This document shows positions 28,506 through 37,353 of a DNA stretch of 64,000 bases, in pieces (the first letter of the stretch is position 1; every line of letters starts with the position of its first letter). Under the pieces are notes generated by a model that searched no databases, was not told the origin of the DNA, and was given only the letters and a program-made list of their open reading frames with translations. Source of the DNA: Candidatus Nomurabacteria bacterium (GTDB taxonomy: Bacteria; Patescibacteriota; Minisyncoccia; Phycocordibacterales; Phycocordibacteraceae); contig CALRBA010000001.1 in the NCBI GenBank assembly GCA_943353835.1, positions 17,497 to 81,496 of the forward strand. The letters run 5' to 3'. The translations under genes were made by a program, and so were the position numbers.

Positions 28506-29744
28506 ATGACTGATATGAACTTAATGGAAAAAATTGTTTCTCTCTGTAAGCGCCGTGGATTCGTCTTCCCGGGCTCTGAGATATACGGCGGACTCGCCGG
28601 CACCTTCGACTACGGTCCGCTCGGCGTCATTCTGAAAGAAAATGTACAGAACCTATGGTTGTCGATGTTTCGCGATTCTCGCGACGATATGTACGGCATT
28701 GACGCGCGAATCTTAATGAATCCGAAGGTGTGGGAGGCTTCGGGTCATGTTTCAACGTTTGCTGATCCGCTCGAAGATGGAAAAATGTTCAATACGATGT
28801 TCAAAACCACCGTTGGCGTTGGTGAAGAAGCGACGAGTATTTATTTACGGCCGGAAACTGCGGGCGGGATATTCACGAACTTCAAGAATGTTGTGGACTC
28901 AATGCATCCGAAACTGCCGTTCGGTATCGCACAGATAGGAACAGCGTTCAGGAACGAGATTGCGCCACGCGATTTCATATTTCGCCTGCGCGAGCTCTCG
29001 CAGATGGAAGTGGAGTATTTCGTGAAGCCCTCCGACTGGGAACAGGCGTTTGAAGAATGGAGAAAGCAGATGCATCTTTTTGCAAAAATGATTGGCCTCC
29101 CACAAGAGATGCTTCACGAGCTTGAAGTAGGGGATGGCGACCGTGCGCATTACTCTAAGCGCACGATAGACTTCGAGTTCGATTATCCGTTCGGTCGCAA
29201 GGAGCTCTGGGGTCTAGCGTATCGTACTGATTTCGACCTCTCTGCTCACGCGAAGGCATCTACGGTTGAGCTGACCTATCTTGATGAAGAAACAAAAGAG
29301 AAATTTATCCCGCACGTTATTGAACCTTCGCTCGGCGTTGATCGCACCATACTTGCCATTTTTGTAAGTGCCTATCGCGAAGACCAAATGGGCGATGAGA
29401 CCCGCACGTATCTTGCGCTCGCACCGAAAGTAGCACCCGTAAAAGCGATGGTCTCGCCACTTCTAAAAAATAAACCTGAACTCGTCCTGAAGGCGCGAGA
29501 AGTACGCAAAGAACTTCAGAAGATTCATCCTGCTATCGCATGGGACGACAACGGCAACATCGGCAAGCGCTACCGTCGCCAAGACGAGATTGGTACGCCG
29601 TTCTGTATTACCATCGACTTTGATACGCTTGGCGAGACGCCCGAGCTGAAGGACACCGTCACCCTCCGTCACCGCGACAGCGGTACCCAAGAGCGCCTCA
29701 GCCTCAACGAAGTCGCCTCCCGCATCAAAACTGCAATAGAGTAA
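28506..29744 (+). CDS. glyQS: Glycine--tRNA ligase (alpha2 type)
   Basis: LCKRRGF, YLRPETA, FRNEI, VIEPSLG, IGKRYRRQDEIGTP. Confidence 0.97.
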   Translation: MTDMNLMEKIVSLCKRRGFVFPGSEIYGGLAGTFDYGPLGVILKENVQNLWLSMFRDSRDDMYGIDARILMNPKVWEASGHVSTFADPLEDGKMFNTMFKTTVGVGEEATSIYLRPETAGGIFTNFKNVVDSMHPKLPFGIAQIGTAFRNEIAPRDFIFRLRELSQMEVEYFVKPSDWEQAFEEWRKQMHLFAKMIGLPQEMLHELEVGDGDRAHYSKRTIDFEFDYPFGRKELWGLAYRTDFDLSAHAKASTVELTYLDEETKEKFIPHVIEPSLGVDRTILAIFVSAYREDQMGDETRTYLALAPKVAPVKAMVSPLLKNKPELVLKAREVRKELQKIHPAIAWDDNGNIGKRYRRQDEIGTPFCITIDFDTLGETPELKDTVTLRHRDSGTQERLSLNEVASRIKTAIE

Positions 29745-29790
29745 GAAATACATACTGCACGCACAGCAGACTGTATGCTACGATGCCCGT

Positions 29791-30849
29791 ATGGACAAGG
29801 AGATACGGGTTTCTATCACCTCGGGCACTATCGTTACTGCCTTGGCTATTGTCGTTGGTGCGTATTTGCTCTGGATCCTGCGCGACCTGGCTCTCTTAGT
29901 GCTGACCGCCATCATCATCGCCTCGGCGATAGAGCCCGGGGTCGCCTTTTTCATCCGCTATAACGTTCCCCGATTTGTCTCCGCGCTTTTGGTATACGTG
30001 TTCGTCTTTGGTGGCATCTTTTCAATCCTCTATTTCTTCTTCCCACCTATAATTTCTGACGCGACGAGCTTCTTAACGGCGATGCCCAGATATCTGGATA
30101 CGATAAATATCACCGCGCCTCTTTCAAATATTACCAACACGGTAAGCGTTGTAAGCAGTCAGCCTCAAGCGCAGTCATATATACAAACGCTTCTCTCGCT
30201 TCAGTCCCTTTTCACATCAAGTTCAGGCAGTGTTCTGCAGTTATTAATTACATTTTTCGGCGGTATCTTCTCTCTTATGCTCGTTATTGTTCTTTCGTTC
30301 TATTTCGCGTTGCAGGACACGGGCGTTGACGACTTCATCCGTTTGGTTATGCCGGTTAAATATGAAGAATACTATGTTGACCTCTGGAAGCGCTCACAAA
30401 AGAAGATAGGGCTTTGGATGCAAGGGCAGATACTTCTTTCTGTAATTGTCGGTGTGCTTGTATATCTAGGTCTTCTCATCATAGGCGTACCGTACGCCCT
30501 TCTTCTCGCAGTTTTCACTGCGATGGTTGAGATTATTCCGGTCTTCGGCTCCATAATAGCCGGAGTAGTCGCAGTCATTGTCGGATACTCCGACGGAGGT
30601 GTGGCAATCGCGGCGATAGTTGCAGGTCTCTACATTGTTGTGAACCAGTTTGAGTCCAATCTCATCTACCCTCTAATCGTAAAAAAGATCGTCGGTATCC
30701 CACCGCTCCTGGTCATAGTCGCTCTTATCGCCGGGTATACTCTCGCTGGTTTTCTGGGTGCGATTCTCTCCGTGCCCGTCTCGGCCGTTTTGCTTGAATT
30801 CATCAACGACTTTGACAAGCGCAAGCGCCGTACCGGACACACTTCTTAA
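29791..30849 (+). CDS. AI-2E family transporter
   Basis: Multi-TM; WMQGQ, IPVFG, QFESNLIYP, GFLGAILSVP. Confidence 0.92.
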   Translation: MDKEIRVSITSGTIVTALAIVVGAYLLWILRDLALLVLTAIIIASAIEPGVAFFIRYNVPRFVSALLVYVFVFGGIFSILYFFFPPIISDATSFLTAMPRYLDTINITAPLSNITNTVSVVSSQPQAQSYIQTLLSLQSLFTSSSGSVLQLLITFFGGIFSLMLVIVLSFYFALQDTGVDDFIRLVMPVKYEEYYVDLWKRSQKKIGLWMQGQILLSVIVGVLVYLGLLIIGVPYALLLAVFTAMVEIIPVFGSIIAGVVAVIVGYSDGGVAIAAIVAGLYIVVNQFESNLIYPLIVKKIVGIPPLLVIVALIAGYTLAGFLGAILSVPVSAVLLEFINDFDKRKRRTGHTS

Positions 30850-30851
30850 GA

Positions 30852-32285
30852 ATGGCACGTTTCGTATCAACCGCAATTCCGTATGTGAACGCGAAGCCGC
30901 ACATAGGCCACGCACTTGAATATGTGCAGGCAGATGCGTATGTTCGGGCACTGCGCCTAGCCGGCGAGGACATATTTTTCTTGACCGGCACAGATGACAA
31001 CGCTCTAAAGAATGTTCAGGCTGCCGAATCGGCTGGCGTACCAATTCAGGATTATGTCGCCGAGAACGCGAAGCATTTCGTTGAACTGGACAAGAGACTT
31101 AATGTTGTATATGACGATTTTATTCGTACATCAGCTGACCCGAGACATCGCGCTGGCGTAGAGAAGCTTTGGCGCGAGACGAACAAGAAGGATATTTACA
31201 AGAAAAGCTACAGAGGATTTTATTGTATCGGATGCGAAGAATTCAAAACGGAGAAGAATCTGATAAACGACGAATGTCCGGAACACCCAGGTAAACGATT
31301 GGAAGAAATTGAAGAGGAGAATTATTTTTTCCGCCTGTCCGCGTATCAGAATGTCCTACTTGAATTAATAGATTCCGGCAAATTAAAAATTGTTCCGGAA
31401 AGCCGTAAAAATGAAATAACATCTTTTATTCGCGGAGGATTGGAGGATTTCAGCGTATCGCGTACTGCCGGTAGAGCGAAGGGCTGGGGAATACCGGTAC
31501 CGGATGATCCAGACCAATTTCTATACGTTTGGTATGACGCGCTAGCTAATTACATAACTGCGCTCGGGTATGCGAGCGACGATGATACATATAAAAAATA
31601 TTGGGTATCAGCGGAGAATAAAACGCACATAATAGGAAAGGGTATAAATCGCTTTCATACGGTGTACTGGCCTGCCATGTTGCTTTCAGCCGGCGTGCCA
31701 CTTCCAACGGAGGTGTTTGTGCACGGATACGTCACCTCCGGCGGTCAGAAAATGAGCAAGTCAGTCGGTAATGTAATAGATCCGAACGAACTTCTAGACC
31801 GCTACGGCACGGACGCTGTGCGTTACTTCCTACTGCGTCACGGGCACCCGACGGAGGATTTTGATCTTACAGACGAACGTTGTCACGAGTGGTATACAGC
31901 CAACCTGACGAACGGACTCGGCAATCTAGTCGCACGCGTAATGAAGCTTGCAGAAGATCACTTACCAAACCCAGTTGCTATTACAAAAGAAGACCAAAAA
32001 ATATCAGAAGAGTTTTTCAGAAAAATAGAAAAATTTAAATTCAATGAGGCGATGGATTTTATCTTTTCGAAAATCTCGGCCGCCGATTCATTTATGAACA
32101 CTAATGAACCGTATAAAAAAATAAAGACGGACGCTAATATCGCACGCAATGATATTGAACATCTTGTGCGAGAATTAGTGAGCATAGCCTCGCACCTCGT
32201 TACAATGATGCCACGCACAGCGGAAATTATTACGACTGCAGTGCGCACCAACAAAAAGCCAGACAATCTTTTCCCCAGGTTATGA
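30852..32285 (+). CDS. metG: Methionine--tRNA ligase (no C-terminal tRNA-binding domain)
   Basis: PYVNAKPHIGH, YVWYDAL, KMSKS. Confidence 0.97.
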   Translation: MARFVSTAIPYVNAKPHIGHALEYVQADAYVRALRLAGEDIFFLTGTDDNALKNVQAAESAGVPIQDYVAENAKHFVELDKRLNVVYDDFIRTSADPRHRAGVEKLWRETNKKDIYKKSYRGFYCIGCEEFKTEKNLINDECPEHPGKRLEEIEEENYFFRLSAYQNVLLELIDSGKLKIVPESRKNEITSFIRGGLEDFSVSRTAGRAKGWGIPVPDDPDQFLYVWYDALANYITALGYASDDDTYKKYWVSAENKTHIIGKGINRFHTVYWPAMLLSAGVPLPTEVFVHGYVTSGGQKMSKSVGNVIDPNELLDRYGTDAVRYFLLRHGHPTEDFDLTDERCHEWYTANLTNGLGNLVARVMKLAEDHLPNPVAITKEDQKISEEFFRKIEKFKFNEAMDFIFSKISAADSFMNTNEPYKKIKTDANIARNDIEHLVRELVSIASHLVTMMPRTAEIITTAVRTNKKPDNLFPRL

Positions 32286-33133
32286 CTGTTAAGTATGTAG
32301 ACGCACACTGCCACATACAGTTTGAGCAATATGCCGAGGACGATGTGGAGCTGATCGGACGTATGAAAGAAGATGGCGTCGCGGGAATTGTTGTCGGTGT
32401 TGACCATGAATCTTCAAAAAAAGCGGTTGTACTCGCGCAGAAACATGAACATTTGTTCGTATCTGTCGGCCTGCATCCAAACCGTGTCACCGAAGAAATT
32501 TTTGATATAGAAGCGTTTCGTGATTTGGCGAAGAATAATAAAGTTGTCGCGATAGGGGAGTGCGGGTTAGATTATTATCGGTTACCTACTAACGAAACAG
32601 CCTACTCCGCTGAAGCTACGAAGGCCAAGCAAAAAGAAATTTTACAAAAACACATAGAGCTTGCAGTAGAAATAGATAAACCGCTCGTAATCCATGCGCG
32701 CCCGAGTAAGGGCACACAGCACCCCGTCGGGTATCCCGCTGCGGGAGATGCGTATCACGACCTGATAGAAATTCTGAAAAAAGCGAAATCAAAATATAAA
32801 AACTTGCGTGGTGACATACACTTTTTCGTCGGTGGAATTACGGAAGCTGAAGCGCTCATAGAGCTTGGGTTCACTATCTCGTTCACAGCCGTCATAACGT
32901 TCGCTCGCGATTATGATGAGGTAATTAGAAATGTGCCACTTGCGAGCATTTTATCAGAGACCGATTCGCCATACATTGCTCCTATCAGTCGTCGCGGTAA
33001 GCGCAATGACCCGCTCGCTGTCGTAGATGTCGTAGGTAAAATCTCAGAGATTAGGAACGAACATTTAGAAACCGTCAGATCCGCTATTTTCTCAAATGCA
33101 AAACGCCTATTTGCTCTACCAGAACTATCGTGA
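32282..33133 (+). CDS. tatD: TatD family hydrolase
   Basis: DAHCH, GLHP, AIGECGLDY, ETDSPY. Confidence 0.95.
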   Translation: MTVKYVDAHCHIQFEQYAEDDVELIGRMKEDGVAGIVVGVDHESSKKAVVLAQKHEHLFVSVGLHPNRVTEEIFDIEAFRDLAKNNKVVAIGECGLDYYRLPTNETAYSAEATKAKQKEILQKHIELAVEIDKPLVIHARPSKGTQHPVGYPAAGDAYHDLIEILKKAKSKYKNLRGDIHFFVGGITEAEALIELGFTISFTAVITFARDYDEVIRNVPLASILSETDSPYIAPISRRGKRNDPLAVVDVVGKISEIRNEHLETVRSAIFSNAKRLFALPELS

Positions 33134-33148
33134 TAGGATTCTGCCATT

Positions 33149-33637
33149 ATGGCGAAGCAGGATATGGATATGATAGTAGACGAAACGTTTGACGGCGACG
33201 GATCTGAACCGCGTGTATACGAGCTTGGCTTTCACTTGGACCCCGAATTACCCACAGAAGAGGTGAAGAGGAAATATAATGAAGTACGTGAATTTATTGC
33301 TGGTAAAGGTACTGTTGTCGCTGAAGGGGAACCGCAGAAGATTCAGCTCGCGTATACCATTTCTCGCCAAGAGACTTCCGGCAGACGCGATTTTGATTCT
33401 GCATATTTCGCGTGGGTTGTGTACGAAGTCGTAGCTTCTGACCACGCAGAAATTCTCACGATGGCATCTGCGAATAAGCGCATCATCCGCTTTATTGATT
33501 TGCTCACGACGAAGGATTCGGCTCGGCATTCTGCAGAGATGCGCGAAATTTCTATGAAAACTCAAGAGCGCATGGAAGATCCGGAAGAGGTCGCCGGCGC
33601 AGAGCTGGATGCCGCGCTTGAAAACGTTGTTGTATAA
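33149..33637 (+). CDS. rpsF: 30S ribosomal protein S6
   Basis: YELGF, LAYTI, IIRF; first gene of rpsF-ssb-rpsR. Confidence 0.88.
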   Translation: MAKQDMDMIVDETFDGDGSEPRVYELGFHLDPELPTEEVKRKYNEVREFIAGKGTVVAEGEPQKIQLAYTISRQETSGRRDFDSAYFAWVVYEVVASDHAEILTMASANKRIIRFIDLLTTKDSARHSAEMREISMKTQERMEDPEEVAGAELDAALENVVV

Positions 33638-33647
33638 TAAAAAATAT

Positions 33648-34103
33648 ATGTACCTAAACAAAGTATTCCTCTACGGTAACTTAACCCGCGACCCGGAGCT
33701 GAAGGCGCTTCCGTCCGGAAGCAACGTTGCGAACTTCGGTCTCGCGACGAACCGCACCTATAAGGATAAGAGCGGAGCGAAGCAGGAGACGACAGAGTTT
33801 CATAACATTGTCGCATTCGGACGTACCGCAGAAGTTATCGCACAGTATTGCAAGAAAGGTCGCCCGATCTTCGTAGAGGGGCGCATCCAGACTCGTTCGT
33901 GGGAGGGGAAGGAGGATGGGAAGAAGCAGTATCGAACTGAGATTGTCGTGGACAATTTCCAGTTCGGTTCGGACGGTAGCAAAGGCGAATCTGGTGCCGG
34001 TGCCTCGCGCGCCGGACAAGAAGAACATCCGTCTCCTAAAGATGACGGCGAGGCGATCAAGTATCCAGACGAAGAAATTAATCCAGAGGACATCCCGTTT
34101 TAG
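33648..34103 (+). CDS. ssb: Single-stranded DNA-binding protein
   Basis: LNKVFLYGNLTRDPE, C-terminal DIPF. Confidence 0.98.
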   Translation: MYLNKVFLYGNLTRDPELKALPSGSNVANFGLATNRTYKDKSGAKQETTEFHNIVAFGRTAEVIAQYCKKGRPIFVEGRIQTRSWEGKEDGKKQYRTEIVVDNFQFGSDGSKGESGAGASRAGQEEHPSPKDDGEAIKYPDEEINPEDIPF

Positions 34104-34138
34104 TATTTTCTTAAATCTTACAACTTAAACCTGTATTT

Positions 34139-34345
34139 ATGGCATACCAAGCTGAAAGAGAAGAAGTAGAAATCAAGAAGTTTATAGACTACAAGGATGT
34201 TGCGTACTTGAAGCTCTTCACCAATCCGCACGCGAAGATGCTCTCCAAGAAGCGCACAGGCATCCCCGCCGGGAAACAGCGCGACATTATGCAGGCCATC
34301 AAACGCGCCCGTTATATGGCGCTCCTCCCGTACGTCTCCGCATAA
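34139..34345 (+). CDS. rpsR: 30S ribosomal protein S18
   Basis: IDYKD, AIKRARYMALLPY. Confidence 0.97.
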   Translation: MAYQAEREEVEIKKFIDYKDVAYLKLFTNPHAKMLSKKRTGIPAGKQRDIMQAIKRARYMALLPYVSA

Positions 34346-34351
34346 AAGTCT

Positions 34352-34927
34352 CTAAGCCTTGTTGACACGTTCGGTATAATCGCCCGTGTCGGTGTTGATG
34401 CGGATGATGTCGCCCGTGTTTATGAAGAGAGGGACATTTACTTTTGCGCCCGTAATGAGCTCCACGAGCTTTGTCCCGCCACTGACCGTATTTCCCTTTA
34501 CTGCCGGTGGGGCGTCTTTAACTACGAGCTCAACTTTGATAGGTATCTTTATCGTCATTGGCTTGTCCTCGTAAGTAAGTACTTCAACGATGCTGTTCGG
34601 TGTGAGCCATTGCACTCTGTCGTGAACAACATTGTCAGGGAATGCGAATCGATTCTTTGCATTATCTTCTTCCGCGAACCAGCTCTCGCCCTTGTTTGTG
34701 TAGAGATAGCGCGCGGGCATGTTGCTAATGTCCGCCTCGGTAACGGTTTCGTTCTGATGAAATGATATTTCAATAACCTTACCGGAAACGAGATGACGCA
34801 ATTTCGTCTGATTCACCGGTTTTCTCTGTTGCATACGGAAGACATGCGACGAGAGCACCTCATAGGGCTCGTTGCTGTGATTAATAATGCACTTCGGGAG
34901 GATTTCGTTGTAGGAGAGTACGGCCAT
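34352..34927 (-). CDS. efp: Elongation factor P (atypical tip loop)
   Basis: PAVKGNT, VPLFINTGD, GDYTERV. Confidence 0.93.
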   Translation of the reverse strand: MAVLSYNEILPKCIINHSNEPYEVLSSHVFRMQQRKPVNQTKLRHLVSGKVIEISFHQNETVTEADISNMPARYLYTNKGESWFAEEDNAKNRFAFPDNVVHDRVQWLTPNSIVEVLTYEDKPMTIKIPIKVELVVKDAPPAVKGNTVSGGTKLVELITGAKVNVPLFINTGDIIRINTDTGDYTERVNKA

Positions 34928-35005
34928 GGTTTTGAAACTAAAGACGGATAAAAATCGTTATAAAAAGTGCCCGATAGTGGCTATTCGTGTATGCTAGCAG
35001 ACATA

Positions 35006-35584
35006 ATGAGTTTTACAACCACAGACCTCTCTACGCTCACCGATGCCGAGGTTCTCGCGCGTTCACAGAAGGAACCGGAGCTCTTCGCAATTCTGGTACG
35101 CCGATATGAGGCAGCTCTCCTGCGCCGTGCGCGGAAAATACTATTCTCTCCGGAAGATGCCGAAGAGGCGGTGCAGGACGCCTTCACCAAGATGTATCTC
35201 TACGCCGATAAGTATCATGCCCAAGAAGGGGCGAGCTTCTCTTCGTGGATGTACACCATCCTCAATCGTGTCGCGTACACCAAGTATGTCGCGAGGCGCA
35301 AGGAGAGTGGACAAAGAGCAGACCTAGAACCGGAGCACTACGAGTCACTGCCGGACGCTCGGGCAGAATTTATTGAAGACTTATCTATTCGTAATGAAGT
35401 CATCTCGGCACTCGCGAAACTGCCCGAGACAGCGTCAAAGATTCTGCGACTGCAATTTATAGAAGGGAAGACCCAAGAAGAAATCGCTGAGTCAGAACGG
35501 CTTTCCATTCCTGCCGTGAAGACGCGCGTGCATCGTGCGAAAAAACTTTTCAAACAAGCTTATGATGAACAACATTACTCGTAG
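35006..35584 (+). CDS. ECF RNA polymerase sigma factor
   Basis: DAEEAVQDAF, FSSWMYTI, EIAE...AVKTRVHRAK. Confidence 0.93.
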   Translation: MSFTTTDLSTLTDAEVLARSQKEPELFAILVRRYEAALLRRARKILFSPEDAEEAVQDAFTKMYLYADKYHAQEGASFSSWMYTILNRVAYTKYVARRKESGQRADLEPEHYESLPDARAEFIEDLSIRNEVISALAKLPETASKILRLQFIEGKTQEEIAESERLSIPAVKTRVHRAKKLFKQAYDEQHYS

Positions 35585-35924
35585 TGACAATATGGAACCT
35601 ATGGATAACCAATCTTCAATTGAACGTGCGGTGATGCGCCGTATTCACATCATTCGCATATTGGGTCTTGTTATTTCAACGGCAACGTTGGCAATAATTA
35701 CTCTAGTTCTTGCTTTGTGGGGAATAGGGAAGGAGGTATGGGTAGAGCGCGTATTTCAAAATGCTCCGAAAGATTTTGTAAATATTCCGAATTTCCTCGT
35801 CTCCGCGTTCGGCAACACCAGACTCGTTGTTCAAATACTTGCGATTCTCACGTTCACATCCTTCATCTATCTCGCCCGCGCGACCGCTCGCGCAATTTCT
35901 TCAGTTTTCCGCACCCGCGTCTAA
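35565..35924 (+). CDS. Membrane protein, putative anti-sigma factor
   Basis: Overlaps ECF stop; VMRRI followed by two TM helices. Confidence 0.6.
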   Translation: MNNITRSDNMEPMDNQSSIERAVMRRIHIIRILGLVISTATLAIITLVLALWGIGKEVWVERVFQNAPKDFVNIPNFLVSAFGNTRLVVQILAILTFTSFIYLARATARAISSVFRTRV

Positions 35925-36970
35925 CTCTCCGCGAGTTTTAGTTTAATCTGTTTGAGAAGCTCTTTGGCGACGTCCTTATTATCGTGTAGGAATGTGCGCG
36001 AGGCATCGTAGCCGACGGCAAGTTTCTCGTCGCCGAATTTATAGGTTGCACCGGCTTTTTCAACAATGCCGAATTTCTCGCCAAGAGCGATAAGCTCACC
36101 CTCGCGACTTATACCCTCATTGTAAAGAAGGTCAAATTCTGTTGTTTTAAATGGTGCGGCTACTTTATTCTTTACCACCTTTACGCGCACTCTGCCTCCA
36201 ACGACCTCTTCACCCTTCTTAATTGAGGCGATACGGCGGATATCCAAGCGCACGGATGTGTAGAACTTCAGTGCCTTGCCTCCCGGTGTTGTCTCCGGAT
36301 TGCCGAACATTACGCCAATCTGCATTCGGATTTGATTAATGAAAACGACTATCGTCTTGCTCCTCGAGACTATTGCCGTGAGCTTACGAAGCGCTTGGCT
36401 CATAAGGCGTGCCTGCTTACCGACATGCTGTTGACCCATCTCTCCTTCAATCTCGTCTTTAGGAGTTAACGCCGCGACGGAGTCTATTACTATGATATCA
36501 ACATTTCCACTTCTAACTAAAGATTCCACAATATCCAGCGCCTGCTCGCCAGTGTCCGGCTGAGAGATGAGAAGCTCTTGTAGCTTTACGCCGATTCTGC
36601 GTGCATACTCTGGGTCTAATGCGTGTTCTGCGTCAACGAACGCCGCGATGCCACCGGCTTTTTGAGCTTCGGCTATGATGTGCAGAGCGAGTGTGGTCTT
36701 ACCGGATGATTCTGGGCCAAATATTTCTATGATTCGCCCGCGCGGGAGGCCTCCGACTCCTAGAGCTGCGTCTAGCCCGATGGATCCAGTTTGTATAACC
36801 GGAATCTTCTGTGGAACACCGACGCCGTAGGTCATAATGGCTTCGTCACCGAACTTGGTTCTGATCTCCTTTAGCGCCTGGTCAATAGACTTCTGCCGTT
36901 CGCTTTTATCAGTGCTAGCCACATTTAGTGTCTTCAATATTTTTTCTTTTTTTGGTTTTCCGAAGGCCAT
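35921..36970 (-). CDS. recA: Recombinase RecA
   Basis: [33 protein letters not shown]. Confidence 0.99.
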   Translation of the reverse strand: MAFGKPKKEKILKTLNVASTDKSERQKSIDQALKEIRTKFGDEAIMTYGVGVPQKIPVIQTGSIGLDAALGVGGLPRGRIIEIFGPESSGKTTLALHIIAEAQKAGGIAAFVDAEHALDPEYARRIGVKLQELLISQPDTGEQALDIVESLVRSGNVDIIVIDSVAALTPKDEIEGEMGQQHVGKQARLMSQALRKLTAIVSRSKTIVVFINQIRMQIGVMFGNPETTPGGKALKFYTSVRLDIRRIASIKKGEEVVGGRVRVKVVKNKVAAPFKTTEFDLLYNEGISREGELIALGEKFGIVEKAGATYKFGDEKLAVGYDASRTFLHDNKDVAKELLKQIKLKLAES

Positions 36971-36985
36971 ATATAAGTGCAGGGT

Positions 36986-37013
36986 TAAGTATTAAGTATA
37001 AGGTATAAAGTAT
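36986..37013. repeat. Four degenerate heptamer tandem repeats upstream of recA
   Basis: TAAGTAT TAAGTAT AAGGTAT AAAGTAT. Confidence 0.7.
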
Positions 37014-37020
37014 AGGAAAA

Positions 37021-37353
37021 TCAGGGAACGAAGATAGAGCGAGCTTCAGTCACAGTTCTGCCGAAGCGGTCGGTGACTGTGAATGTAAGTATAGACCCTC
37101 CGCGAGGGAAGGTAAGAGTTGACGAGAAGTCGCCGTTCTGGTCATGAAGCATGGTCGCTCCGTTAAGCGTAATTGCTGACGCCCGTTCCGCTCTTCCTAT
37201 TATGCTCACTATCCCGCCCGGGAACGGTGCGCCATCAGTCGGAGAAGTAATAGATAGTGTAGGACCGGCTAAAAGTGGCCACGCCTCTACAAGACCGTAA
37301 ACTATTAAAACGAACAGAATCGCACCGATAAGATATTTAGTCATTTTTATCAA
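37021..37353 (-). CDS. Small membrane-anchored Ig-like protein
   Basis: TM plus GPTLSITSP...TDRFGR. Confidence 0.75.
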   Translation of the reverse strand: MIKMTKYLIGAILFVLIVYGLVEAWPLLAGPTLSITSPTDGAPFPGGIVSIIGRAERASAITLNGATMLHDQNGDFSSTLTFPRGGSILTFTVTDRFGRTVTEARSIFVP

